Assembly (NCBI GenBank): GCA_023213395.1
Contig: CM041465.1
Coordinates: 133,493,741-133,557,740 of the forward strand
Length of the DNA: 64,000 nt
DNA from: Cycas panzhihuaensis
Taxonomy: Eukaryota > Plantae > Cycadophyta
Direction: 5' to 3'
Under the pieces are notes generated by a model. That model worked only from the letters and a program-made list of their open reading frames with translations, did no database searches and was not told the origin of the DNA. The translations under genes were made by a program, and so were the position numbers. Within the stretch, counting starts at the first letter, position 1, and each line of letters starts with the position of its first letter. This document shows, in pieces, positions 52,603 to 64,000 of this stretch.

Positions 52603-52921
52603 CTCTAATACTAAATGAAGAATTAGTAACATAAGATTAAAATTGAGAATCAAATATAAATGATAGGAGAACAAAATTCAAGGAGAATTTATCTCACTCA
52701 AAACTAGTGCCATTCATTAAGAATGAGTCCCCTCTCAATATAATGCATAAGCTTGTGCACTATTTTATACACATGGGATTAGTAATGGTCTAAAATAGGA
52801 CTCAAATTTACCCTAAAATAAATCATAAGTCCATTGAGGACTTTAGCAACCTTTAGCATACATCATTAGCCTTAATGACTCATCACTCTAATTTGAATTT
52901 ATATAAACATTAATTCTAGCA
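52603..52921 (-). mobile_element. Degenerate PBS and probable 5' LTR of copia C
   Basis: ctctaatacta (cf. ctctgatacca) at 52603-52613, then aa, then tgaaga... at 52616; possible other end ...ctagca at 52921. Partner LTR not found. Confidence 0.45.
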
Positions 52922-53299
52922 TGTACTCCTCCATTTAATGACTAAACTTAATTAATATTTATAATAATATATACATGGCATGTATTATTGTAGAACTCTA
53001 AATATTATTTAATATTATACTAGAGCATATTATTCATTTATATTATATCTCTTGGTCTTATACCTCAAAAGAGGCATCGTGAATAACAATAATATCATCA
53101 TCTATTAAACCATCATATACAACCCATATGCATAAAATTATAGCATGGCATATGATATCTAGCATCAACATATTAGGCATCATCTAATATGTCAAGAGAT
53201 GTCTAACATAATTAACCTATGTATCATATAAGATATTGTGTGTGACATGGTATATAATTTTTGAGGTGGTTGAATCATATCGCCTAATAATATCTTCCA

Positions 53300-56200
53300 T
53301 TCTCTCTCTTTTATTTTCCTCATAGCATTATTTTCTAAGTTGACTCCTTTCCCTTAATTATAGATAGTTAGTCCCCATTGAATTTCATTAATACATGGAG
53401 GATATATAGGTATTCAATAGCAAATACATATGAAGCAAGAAGAGACAAAGTACCCAAATGTGTAGGCGATACTAATGAATACTAAGATATTTGAACCCTA
53501 TGAAGATATAAGTAAGACTGAGGGTACATTGGCACACATTTTAATGTTCATCACTACCTCATATTGACAAACATTAAATAATCTTAATAGTGAGATATTT
53601 AGGAATAGTGTAAATATAGGTATTATCCCAACATTTCTCCTCTATAATGCCCATTTGAAGAGACACCAAGCTTATTTATGAATTTATTAAACTTTATCAT
53701 TCTAAGTACATTTGTGAAGATGTTTGCCATCTAATCTTTTATACTACAGTAGACTAACTCTAACTCTCCTTACTACACTAACTTTCTAATAAAGTGATGT
53801 TGTGTTTTAATATGCTTAGTCTTATCATGAAATACTAGATTCCTAGTCATTTAAATTATACTTTAGTTATCAAAAAATAGTTGTATAGGACCAATTTATT
53901 CCTATTGAAAATCCTAAAGTAATCTCCTAAGCCAAACTGTCTTATAAACTGTAGCTATAGTTACCTTATACTCTACTTCTACAATAGAAAGAGATATTGT
54001 TATTTATTTCTTTGAACTCTATACTACTGTTGCTAAGCCCAAACTAAATGTATAACCTATGTAGTCTAAATCTATATAGTCAATCAAACTATAATCAGCT
54101 AATGACCTATAACATAGTCCATACCTAATAGAGTCTTTGAGGTAGCTAAAAATTCTTTTGGTTTCTTACCAATGTTTTATCTTAAGCCCATGTATAAACC
54201 TGGAAACCATATGGATTACATATATAATATCTAGTCCAAGTTGAAGTCAAATAAATAAGTCTACTAATCAAAACCTTATAAAGAGTAGGGTCAATTAATT
54301 TTGACTTCTCAAAGTTAAATAACTTCAACCCAACTTCTATTAGCATTATAAGTGGCTTGCAATTATCCATGTTAAACCTATGTAATATATCTTATGAGTA
54401 TTTTCTTTGTGATATAAATATCCCTTTTATATCTTGCCATACTTTAATACTTAAGACATAATTTATAAGTCCTAAATCTATCATTTTAAAATTTTTGCAC
54501 ATATATTCCATATTTTTTTAGGACAAGTAATTACAATTCCTAATGTATGTAAGGTTATTGACATATAAACCCATAATCAATATTGAGCTTCTTTCCAACT
54601 TAATGTACAAGTTAAAGTCTTATTAGCTCCTTAAGATCTCTTTATCCTTGAAGTACTTATCAATCCTAGAGTGTCATGCTTTAAGTGCTTACTTACATCC
54701 ATGTAAGGCTTTTTTATGTTTATAGATCTTGTTTTCCTTATACTTTATCTTAAAACCCTTAAGTTATTAGACATATATTTTTTCATTAATATACCCAATC
54801 AAGAAGGCACTATTCACATCTATTTGATGGCCTATCTAACTATGTTGTATAGTTAAGGCCATGATTAATCTAATTATTTTTAGCCATACTATAGGTTTTT
54901 TTTTAATTATTATTATAGTCAATTCCTTCAATTTAAGCATAGCCCTTTGCAACTAGTTGGGCCCTATACTTTTTAATAAAATCATCTAATTTACACTTGG
55001 TCTTATAGATCCATTTTATTCTAATGGAATTCTTCCTTGATGACAAATTGACTAACCCCCAAGTTTCATTATTCACTAAGGTATTATACTCTTCTTTTAT
55101 TACTATCTTCCATTCATCTTGAATATTTATCTCTTCAAAGTTTTAAGGTTCATTTATCTCCATGACTTATGTTATTAGTATAAAGTTTACCCTTTGAGAT
55201 CTAGTTGTCCTTCTCTTAAAGTTTATGTCTAAATTATTTTAATGGGTATGACCCATTTACACCTATTTTAAAACTTTTTAATTTGAAGTAGATGGTCCTG
55301 GTCCACTTGTATTAGTTGATTAGGTACATTTATACCGTTTAAGTTGGGTTCCATATCAACCATTATATTTTTGTCTTTATCTTTCTTAATAACATCCTCT
55401 TTGATAAAATCCATCTTCATTAAAAATGGTATCCTTGCTAATGATGATTCTTTTATCCTAAGGCTCATACAATTTGTAGGATCTTAATGTATCATTATAT
55501 CCTATAAATATACACTTAGTAATTTTATCATTCAACTTGGTCATTTTCTATTCTAGAACATGTGCATGTGCTATACACTTAAATACCCTTAAGTGTTTGA
55601 TGTTAGACTTCTGCCTTGTCTAAGCCTCTTCAAATGTGACCCATCAAACTATTTTTATTTTACATTTGTTCAATAAGTAAACAATTATATGAATAGGTTA
55701 TGTCTAAAACCCATTGCTAAGATGTTTATCCTTAACTATACTCATTTCCATCTCAACAATTATACTATTTTTCCTTCTCACTATCCCATTTTATTTAGGG
55801 GTATATGGATTAGTTAATTATTTTCTTATTTTGTAGTACTTTTGATAGTCCTTAAATTTATTTGAAATGAATTTCACACCTTATCTAATCTAAGGATTAA
55901 GATTTTATAGCAACTTTACCTTTTCATCGTCACCTTGAAGTCTATAATGCATTGAAATACTTCTGATTTAAACTTGAGGAAATACACAAAAGTCATCCTT
56001 GCGAAGTCATCAATAAATATTATAAAATATTTAGCTCATCTAAAGGATGGTACCTCCATTATTCCATACAAATCTATTTATACTAGTCATAATGACTTAT
56101 TTGCTTTATAACTTATATTATGAATTCTTTCCTTTATTATTTGCCTAGTATACATCCTTCGCACACTTCATTATTATATTCAATGTTGGGTAAACCAATT

Positions 56201-59200
56201 ACCATTTCCATATTTTTCATTAATGTTAAGTTGTTATAGCTCATATGGTTAAATCATTGATGCCATGTCTCATTATCCATATCAATTAATACCTTCAAGG
56301 CATAATAGTTATTTGTGGATATGATTAACTTAAATAACCCATCACTTATTATTTAAACCTTAGTAAATTTATTTTATTTTTTAACTTATCCCTAATTATG
56401 CACTCCTAATTATCAAAGATAATTTTATACTTTTGCTCTATCATTTATCTAACTAATACTTAGTGTGCTTCAGTTGAGTGTAGGCTATATATCCCTTAAT
56501 GACATTGTGTTTCCTTTATTTTAGGTCTAGATTAAGAGATAAAGAAGCATATAAAAACCTAAGAACCACCTTTGCTAACTCCTAAGAAGGAGTCTCTACA
56601 TGTTTTTACCATTTGGTTTGAATATTTGTGTGATAACGAAACACTAGCAAATAAGGAAAAGTGCTAAGATCCATTAGCTTACATAAATAAGCAGAGGAGT
56701 TTTAAGTCTAGAATTACATTGACAATATTTTTTGTATCTTTCCTATGGACTCCTTTCCTTATATTGTTTCAAATTTTTGAATTTACTATAATAAACAAAA
56801 GGGTTAAGCAAGAGAAGGTTTGATATGCTCTTTTTTATTAAGAATGCAAAAGAAAGTATAATGAAACAACAAAATATAGCTACCTTTCGAAATCCAATCT
56901 AAAAAAGTAAATCATGTATATCATTTCTTTTTATTTTCTTTTTAAAAACAAAGAATGCCAAAGTGAAATAAGATACTATCTCCTAAAGATGTAAAACACA
57001 CTTCTTTTCAAACATAAAAATAAGAAACATGAGATGCAAATGCTATGATATGTAGCATTGTATGCAATTTGATGGAAGTTAAAAATAATATACTATACTT
57101 ATGTAAAACTTTTTATTTCATACACATTATTTTAAACTTTAATAAGAATAATTTAAATGAAAATAAGAGATTTCAAATATAATTTTAATTACTAAAGACA
57201 ACTTGCAACCCATAAAACTCACATGCAACTAGTTATATGTTCATATCATTGTAAAGAAATCATAAGGAGACTTTATCACTTATAGAGTTTCTAGGCACTA
57301 TGGGATTCATAAACCTCATGTAAAGTCTATTTATTGCAAACTTTTATCATTCGTGTATATATGTTATTTTTGTTAAAAGAGAGATATTGAAGAAGACAAA
57401 GTCAAGGAATACAACACCAAAAATTTTAAAAGTCTTTACTTCAATTATGAACTCTTGCCTTAAAATAGCTATCTCCCTTAATATGAATAGTCTTTTCCAA
57501 TTTTTCCTTTAAAACTAGTATAAAAGAGGAAGATAACTGGGAAGAACAAACTCAACAATAGTTAAGAAGGAAGAAAAAGTGAGACTAAGATCTCTTGGAA
57601 AGCTTGGATAACTAAAAGGAATGAGAGGAAGTAGTTATATTTGGAGGTGAAAAGGTAGATCTCTCTTAATAATAGACAACTCCCTTAATTTCCCATAAAG
57701 GGTTGAACTTTTAGCTAAGGTTTCCCAAGGAAAAATATAGTAGAAGAGTTTCAAAAAATACAAGAAAGAGATAGGCATATCTGGTCACAAAAAATCATCA
57801 AAAGAGTATTAAACTAAAGGGAAACAATAGTATAAAATACCTTGCTAAAGATATAAAGCCTCAAGTAAAAAGTCGCAATAAACTAAGTACTTTAAGAACC
57901 TACAATAAGTGGAATTCAAACATCAATCAAGCAGTATTAGAGCTCCAATTTTTTCTCTTGACTTCTCTTTTTATTTTCTCAAAGATCGGGATCAAAATCA
58001 CAAACAAAATATCTCAATTTTTTAAGAATTTTCTCTAAAACCATATCATCAAGCTCATAACATTTAAATCAATGTCCTCTCTAAGGTTTTAGAAGGTTCT
58101 AGGCAAAAATGGAGTAGGTTTGCACTAAATATGAATGGTGGCATATAAAATTAGTGCAATATTTAAAAAATTTATATGCATGACAATAAAAAATATAATT
58201 TTATTAATAATTAAAAATATGATCTTCTTAATAAAGCATGATCGATCGTGTTTTTGGCAGAACCAAAAATGTAATAAAATAGAAGATAAAATTTAATCAT
58301 TGAAAAGTTAAAGAATGGGTTTTTATCAAAAGCATCTAAGTATAAATAACATGATCAATATAAAAGAGCAACCCAAAAGGGTTAAAAACTTAAGCACAAG
58401 CCTGAAAATCATGGAAAAGTGATAATTTAAGGACAAAATCAAGAGAAAAAAAAATGAACCAAGAGGATGATTTAAAGAAAAATATGTGTCAAAATGATCA
58501 TAAAGGTGAGATTTTATTATTATAGTTTTCACTCATCAGCAAGTAGAAACATATTAATACAATTATTATCATCCAACATAAATAATCCATAAAATCAATA
58601 CCACATTTCAGCAAAACATGGCCTAATACAACGTAGAACAAGTTATAATTAATCAGATCAAATGTAAATAAAGTAGGAAATTTTTTAATGAACATGAAGA
58701 TCAATTGAAGGCCAAGTTTTGGTGAAATAATAATAAGTTCCTTTTTAGTACAGGGACATGAAGTACATCATTGATGTACTTAGTCTCTCTAAAATCTATT
58801 TTGATGGATACATTCCCTCTATCTGATGTTACTCAAGTAGTGTTATCTCCAATTTTTTTTTTTTTAAGAATTATCTAACTCCTTAAACTATTCCTTCCTA
58901 TGAGTTATGTAAGTAGAGCAACCTGAGTTAATGTACCAACTATCCTTGTCTTCATTAGCTATTAGACTGAATAGAAAATGTCTTTTATTTTCCCTTAGTT
59001 CTTCAATAATTGTGATTGTTTATCCCCTTTGTATGTTAGGGCTTTTAGTGAAATAATTACTTTTTAAGTATCCATTTATATAGTAATAGGAGTATTGTAT
59101 TGTTCCTCTTCCTCTAACTCTAAGACTTCTTCCTCTTTATCCTCAATTTCTTCTTCTTAGACTTTGTCCTCTACCTTTATAATTTTGAGGTCTATAGTCT

Positions 59201-60018
59201 TGTATTTAATTTGCAAAACCTCATCCTTAGTTTTTATTAAATTGACCTTGATTTCCATAAATGTGTCATTGATAAAATTATCCTTAACCTTCATGAAATT
59301 ACCCTTTATGAAATTATTCTTAATTCCTAATGTTTTGCTCCCTTCTTCTAAGAGATTAACCTCTTCCCTTAGAAATTTACCTTTTATGAAATGGCCTAAT
59401 ATTTGCTTTAGTAGCAAATTCATATTCCAAGGATTTACTACCATTTTTATTTTCTTTGACAGTTAATAACATGGTATTAAGTTGATCAACCTTAAGTGTT
59501 ATAAGGTCCCTAGAGTTTTCAGTGCTTGTAACTACTATCTCAAACTTCTTAAGCTCATTAACACTCACTAAAATCTTTGCTACCACTTTTTATTTACTAA
59601 TATCTTCTCCTAAATCCCTCATTTTATTAATTAGGCCTTATATATTAGTTATAAAGTCATTAATCCCTTTATTATTATTCATTTAACTGTTTTCAAATAT
59701 TAACCTTAAGGTTTGAAGTTTTGTTGTAGTAGCGCTTTCATAGGTCATCTTCAAAGTGTTCCATGCCTTCTTTAATTAGATGTAGTACTTTAAAGTATGA
59801 AATATTAATGCCAAAGCCTAGCTCTTTTTTTCTTTTCTCATCTTCTTGAAAGTCTTCTCCTCATCTATGACAGCATTAAGATCAAGTGCATCATAGCCCT
59901 TTGTAATTAATTCCTATATATCTTTTGATACAAAGAATGACTTTATTCTTTGACTCTAGTTTAAGAGATTAATGCTAACAAACTTAGACACCATTATATT
60001 GTTTATGCTAGAAGCCAT
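53300..60018 (-). mobile_element. Decayed Ty1/copia element (copia D); LTR limits only partly resolved
   Basis: 3' LTR start (minus tgttgggat) at 53633 with adjacent PPT. RNase H D*MANIFT ~53720; RT ~54100-55150 (ORF 54182-54370); integrase ~55400-56300; protease SWYINSGCS ~58930; gag ATG 60018 MASSINN...IKSFFVSKDI*ELITKGY. Confidence 0.85.
56466..58730. mobile_element. Probable 2.3-kb solo LTR inserted between copia D protease and integrase
   Basis: Splits the conserved peptide VLHVPVLKRNLL|SIS..MIEQKYKIIFD. Termini tgcttca...tgaaata; degenerate TSD TAGTG/TAATA; non-coding. Confidence 0.6.
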
Positions 60019-61428
60019 AATGAAGGGAAAATACCTTATAAAATAAATTGCTTAAAAATAAAGAGTTCTTGATAAAGTAGCAAGAGTACACTAATCAAGG
60101 GTAAGGAAAGAAACTCAAACATAAATCAAATTGTCTCCTTTCAATTTTAGAACATGCACAAATATCCCAATTAGGAATCAACCACCTCTAAAATAAAGTT
60201 TTGCAGTAATTTGAGCTTACAAAGTGATGTTTGTCTAAAAAATTATTTATAGGATCAACTTGTAATAAGCCCACAAAATTTTTATCTACTTTAAACATTA
60301 AAATAATACCTCAAATGATATCAAATATACCCAAATGGCCACTCACTTTGTAGATAATAAAATTAGGAATCCAATGCTTTAAATAAGATCTAAATCTAAT
60401 ACTTTATATTAAAAAAAAAACTTTAAATACTATAGGAGGTCTAAACTATTTTTAATGCATAAACTACTGTAAAAAAATCCTATAACTTTAAAGTATTAAA
60501 TGCATCCTAAAATGCAATCCTAATATATGAGTGTAGCCATCATTTCAACCAAGTGAAGAACATGTTGAAGCTGACAAATTTAAAAATAGTGTCTATGTGT
60601 GAGAGTTATATTTGTTGAAGTAAGTATAAGTACTTGAAATAAGATAAACTCTTTGAAATTATAGTTAATCCCTCTTTGAATTAAATGTCTAGTCATGTAA
60701 AGTACTCTATATGACCTACAAGCCTAGTGATAAAAAATTTAAAGCAAAATAATTTAGTAAAATATGAAATATAATTAAATACAAACAACTTTACAAAGAT
60801 TGTCTATTCAACCTTCACACTTTGCTTTCAAAATTAAGACTACACATACAAATAAATGATCCACTAGAGAAATGTATGAGTAAGGTGACATGACAAGATA
60901 TATATATGCGACTAGGGAAAATAGTCAAATAATCACATAATACACTTAAATAGTCATACAACTGATTACACAAAACATACAAAAGAGCTTTCTCATGACT
61001 ATTGGATGATGTAACGTACACTAGAGATATGTAATTAGAGATATGAATCATAATATATGGTAGAGAGTTGTGCCTAAAGACTAGAGATATATTGATAGTG
61101 TATGCCATCATACTACTCTCAATCATGTATATGATCCTCATAACACACACATATAATGTTAAAATTAAAAATAGGCTAAATAAAATATTTAGGCAATGTA
61201 AGATATATGTCCTATGCCTATCAAATTTACCACCAAAATAATGGAGAAATACCCTATTTATATGAAGATGTACACCATATTTTTTTAGGGAATAAATCTA
61301 TGTTGAAGCCAGTAAATACCCTACTTTGGAGCCACAAAAAAAAAACTCTACGATTAATATATGTAGCCACCTAATAAAGTAGAGACAAACTATAAAAGAA
61401 AATGAATATAACATAATACATTATATAA

Positions 61429-64000
61429 TGCTGGAATTATACCTCTGGGGGGTTAACTACACTTGGACAAGATCAAGCCAAATAATAAAAGGTTTCAAGG
61501 CTAAGGATGTATGGTGCAAGTGAAGGAAATCACCCACAAAGGGTGTCAGTGCATCAGAACATAGGTTTAGGACCCATAAATGGCGCACAAACTCCTTTAA
61601 GGTAACTCTACCTCGATTAGGAGTGATGGGTATGTGAGGGATATCATCGGTTTCTCGAGTAACCTCAAAGAGAAGGGCCCTCCTATCCTTGGGTGCCGAA
61701 GGAGGGAGGAAAAGAAAAGTGAGGGAGTGGTTCCTCACATGGAAAAGAGGATTTGAAAGAAGTGACTTTAGGTAGAGAAGAAGAATGGATTACACATAAG
61801 AGGGATTAAGAGGACAAATAATCTCAGGGGTGCAGAATCAACCTAAAAGCTGCACTAAGGTGATCCAAGATGGCTAGAAAAGATAAAGAATGCAGCCTAA
61901 AAGGGGAATGCCCTTAGGGTGCCAAATAAAAAGGATCCTAAGGATAAGAACCAATGAAAGAAGTGTCTCAAGGTTTATGTTCGTTGATTATAATATGGAG
62001 TAGAGTAGAGGAGTTGTGGTGCATACAACAATATGTCCTTATATGCACGAAGCTGCTAAGTAAAGAAACAATACAAAGTTCTCACTCGTTTGTCTCTCAC
62101 ACACATACCCTCACCCTCATTATCTTTTAAACACGAAAGAAAGAGAGGTGATAAGGTAGCTATATAATATGAGACATATGTAAAAGATATAAGTTTAACG
62201 AGCAATGCAACCAAGTAGGCATGTAAATATGTAGGATTTTAGTTACACACACTTTATCAAGCAAGCAAGCAAACTAGCTAAGCACAAATGACCTAAAATG
62301 GTCCTTCTTATTTTCCTTTTTCTTAGATGACATGTGGGTGAAAGAAAGAAAGCAAGGGGAGGAGGATTAACAGAGGCAAAAGGTGTACTAGGAACTAGGC
62401 AGCTGATAGTAGCACTACCCTTGTTGTGCTTGCTTCTCTTGTTCTACCCCAACCACAGACAGTGCAATGGAATGGTGCCAGCGAAGAGGGATGGGGACTC
62501 CCTTGCCTTCCCCCAAGTCATAAGGAAACAAAAAGAGAAAGAAAGTATTGCAAAAAAGAAAACAAAAGAAATTATCATTCTATCTTGCAACTTGAAGACC
62601 CAAAAGAGACAATGGTTGGAAAGGTGGGGACGTACCTGGATTAGGATTCCCCTCTTCCTCTCTTTGCATAGCAAGAAAGAAACCTACTATTAAGTGATGT
62701 TTGCCATTTCTTAAGGGGCGGCAAGTACAATATGCAAAATAATATGATATACAGTATTTTAACCAAAAGAAATATTTTTTGGACAAAACCACTATTAGTT
62801 CCTTTTGTGTTATTTTGTAAACAATAAGGAAAGAAAAGGGGCTAAGAAGAGAAGGAGGGTGGATAGCCTTGAAATGGCTAACCCTCCTAGTAAGAAGTAA
62901 TCCATGTAATCCAAGTACTGAGAAGACGAAAGGAGATAGATGCAACAAAGCTCTTAGAATGCAAGCAACAAGTTGTAGATGAAGTTACATTTATCATCAA
63001 TGATGCAAAAGTTGCAAAGTGCAATTTTTGCAACCTTAACGAAGCCCAACAACAAAAGACAAGCAGGGTCTAGTATGGGGCTAAAACCCCACTTATGTTA
63101 GGCCTACGACATTGATAGAAAGTGTAGCAATGGGCTATGTATGTTATTTCCAGTAGCAACCTCCTTTCCAAGAGCCCCTTAGAAACCCGAGTGAGGCACA
63201 GAGAAGGAAGAGGTAGGGAGACAAGGGAGCTTCTCTTGAGGAGAAGGCTTGCAGGGTTCAGAACCCTACCTCTACTCCTTTCACTCTCCATAGAAGCCTC
63301 TTCCTTACTACCTCCTTAGAGAAACTAGGAAGGAGTTGGAAGGAAACATGAAGCAAGTGAGGAAGGGAGGGTTTGCCTCCCATTTATAGCAAGAAATCAA
63401 TGGAAAAAGTACTGCAAAAGTGTGACATATAACTTTTGTAATGTTTAAAGAGGTGTAAAGTAAAACAAAAAAAGCTTAAAGGTACCTTTTATGGGTAGAT
63501 CAGGAATAGATCTACTTGAGAAATGAGAGAAAGAGGCCAGCCTTATGGAGTTTGCAGGTGAAACCCCAAAGGAGCAACAAGTTGAAAGAAACTTAGAGTA
63601 AGATGGAAGATCTGCACTTGATAAAGCACTTAGAATGTGTTCTTCACTTTGTTGGCCACAACACAGGCCAATTGTTGTAGATTTGGAGCTACAAAGGATC
63701 GGTGGTTGGCTGAGAAGATGATAATGGTAGAATTGTCTTATTACATGACATTTCTAGAGAGAATGGTGTGAAAAACTTGAGTGAGAGATCTAACAAGAGG
63801 GGTGAAATGAAGTTGTTTTGGGTTTTTAATCCTAACCCTAGCTTAATCAAGTGATTAGGGTTCAGTTTGGTCTAGGAATAAGTCACTACCACATGACAAT
63901 TTTATAATAAATGTAAAATTAACCGTGGTAGATTTAAAAAAATAAATTGTGGCAGTTACCCCATGGTAAACTTTACGATACCACAAAGTTTATAGCAGTA
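61429..64000 (-). mobile_element. Large LTR (>2.5 kb, Tat/Ogre-like layout) continuing beyond the window
   Basis: Minus-strand end ...gtataattccagca at 61429; TATA gctataaatg at 63381-63390; TCCAG|GTACGTCCCC motif at ~62635 resembles that of the 44678-46845 LTR; higher GC and more CpGs than its neighbours; no coding motifs. Confidence 0.55.

Noticed and set aside
61457-63319. Overlapping ORFs on both strands (61457, 62334, 62426, 62444, 62580, 63070, 63137) as a host gene
   Set aside because: Short, mutually overlapping, several with non-ATG starts and no domain; expected in GC-richer LTR sequence.

Overview
AT-rich, strongly CpG-depleted eukaryotic heterochromatin, probably from a large-genome land plant (inferred from Ty1/copia, chromovirus and Tat/Ogre-type elements with tRNA-iMet and tRNA-Arg-type primer sites). 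I found no host gene, RNA gene or prokaryotic feature. Almost the whole window is a nested stack of decayed retroelements. From left to right: a Tat/Ogre-like LTR remnant (~600-2900); a complete 2.1-kb gag-only LTR element (3006-5081, TSD AAATA); an L1-type LINE EN/RT fragment (-, ~5170-7060); a full-length copia (7245-15035, TSD CAAAC) with an unusual 2.6-kb leader; a gypsy gag-PR remnant; a non-autonomous LTR element (18144-23439, TSD TTATC) with a relative inserted in its 5' LTR; a copia (-) split by a chromovirus (28767-34784); a copia gag (-) split by a second chromovirus (37978-51174), which itself holds a Tat/Ogre gag-PR element (39601-46845); a fourth copia (-) split by a probable solo LTR; and a large LTR running off the right edge. 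Reading frames are broken mainly by C>T/G>A nonsense changes. Most interesting observations: an antisense transcription-unit-like module in the copia leader, a PBS copy built into the U5 of a non-autonomous family, a shared splice-donor motif in three large LTRs, and RIP-like transition hypermutation. Boundaries and counts were read by hand and may be off by a few bases.
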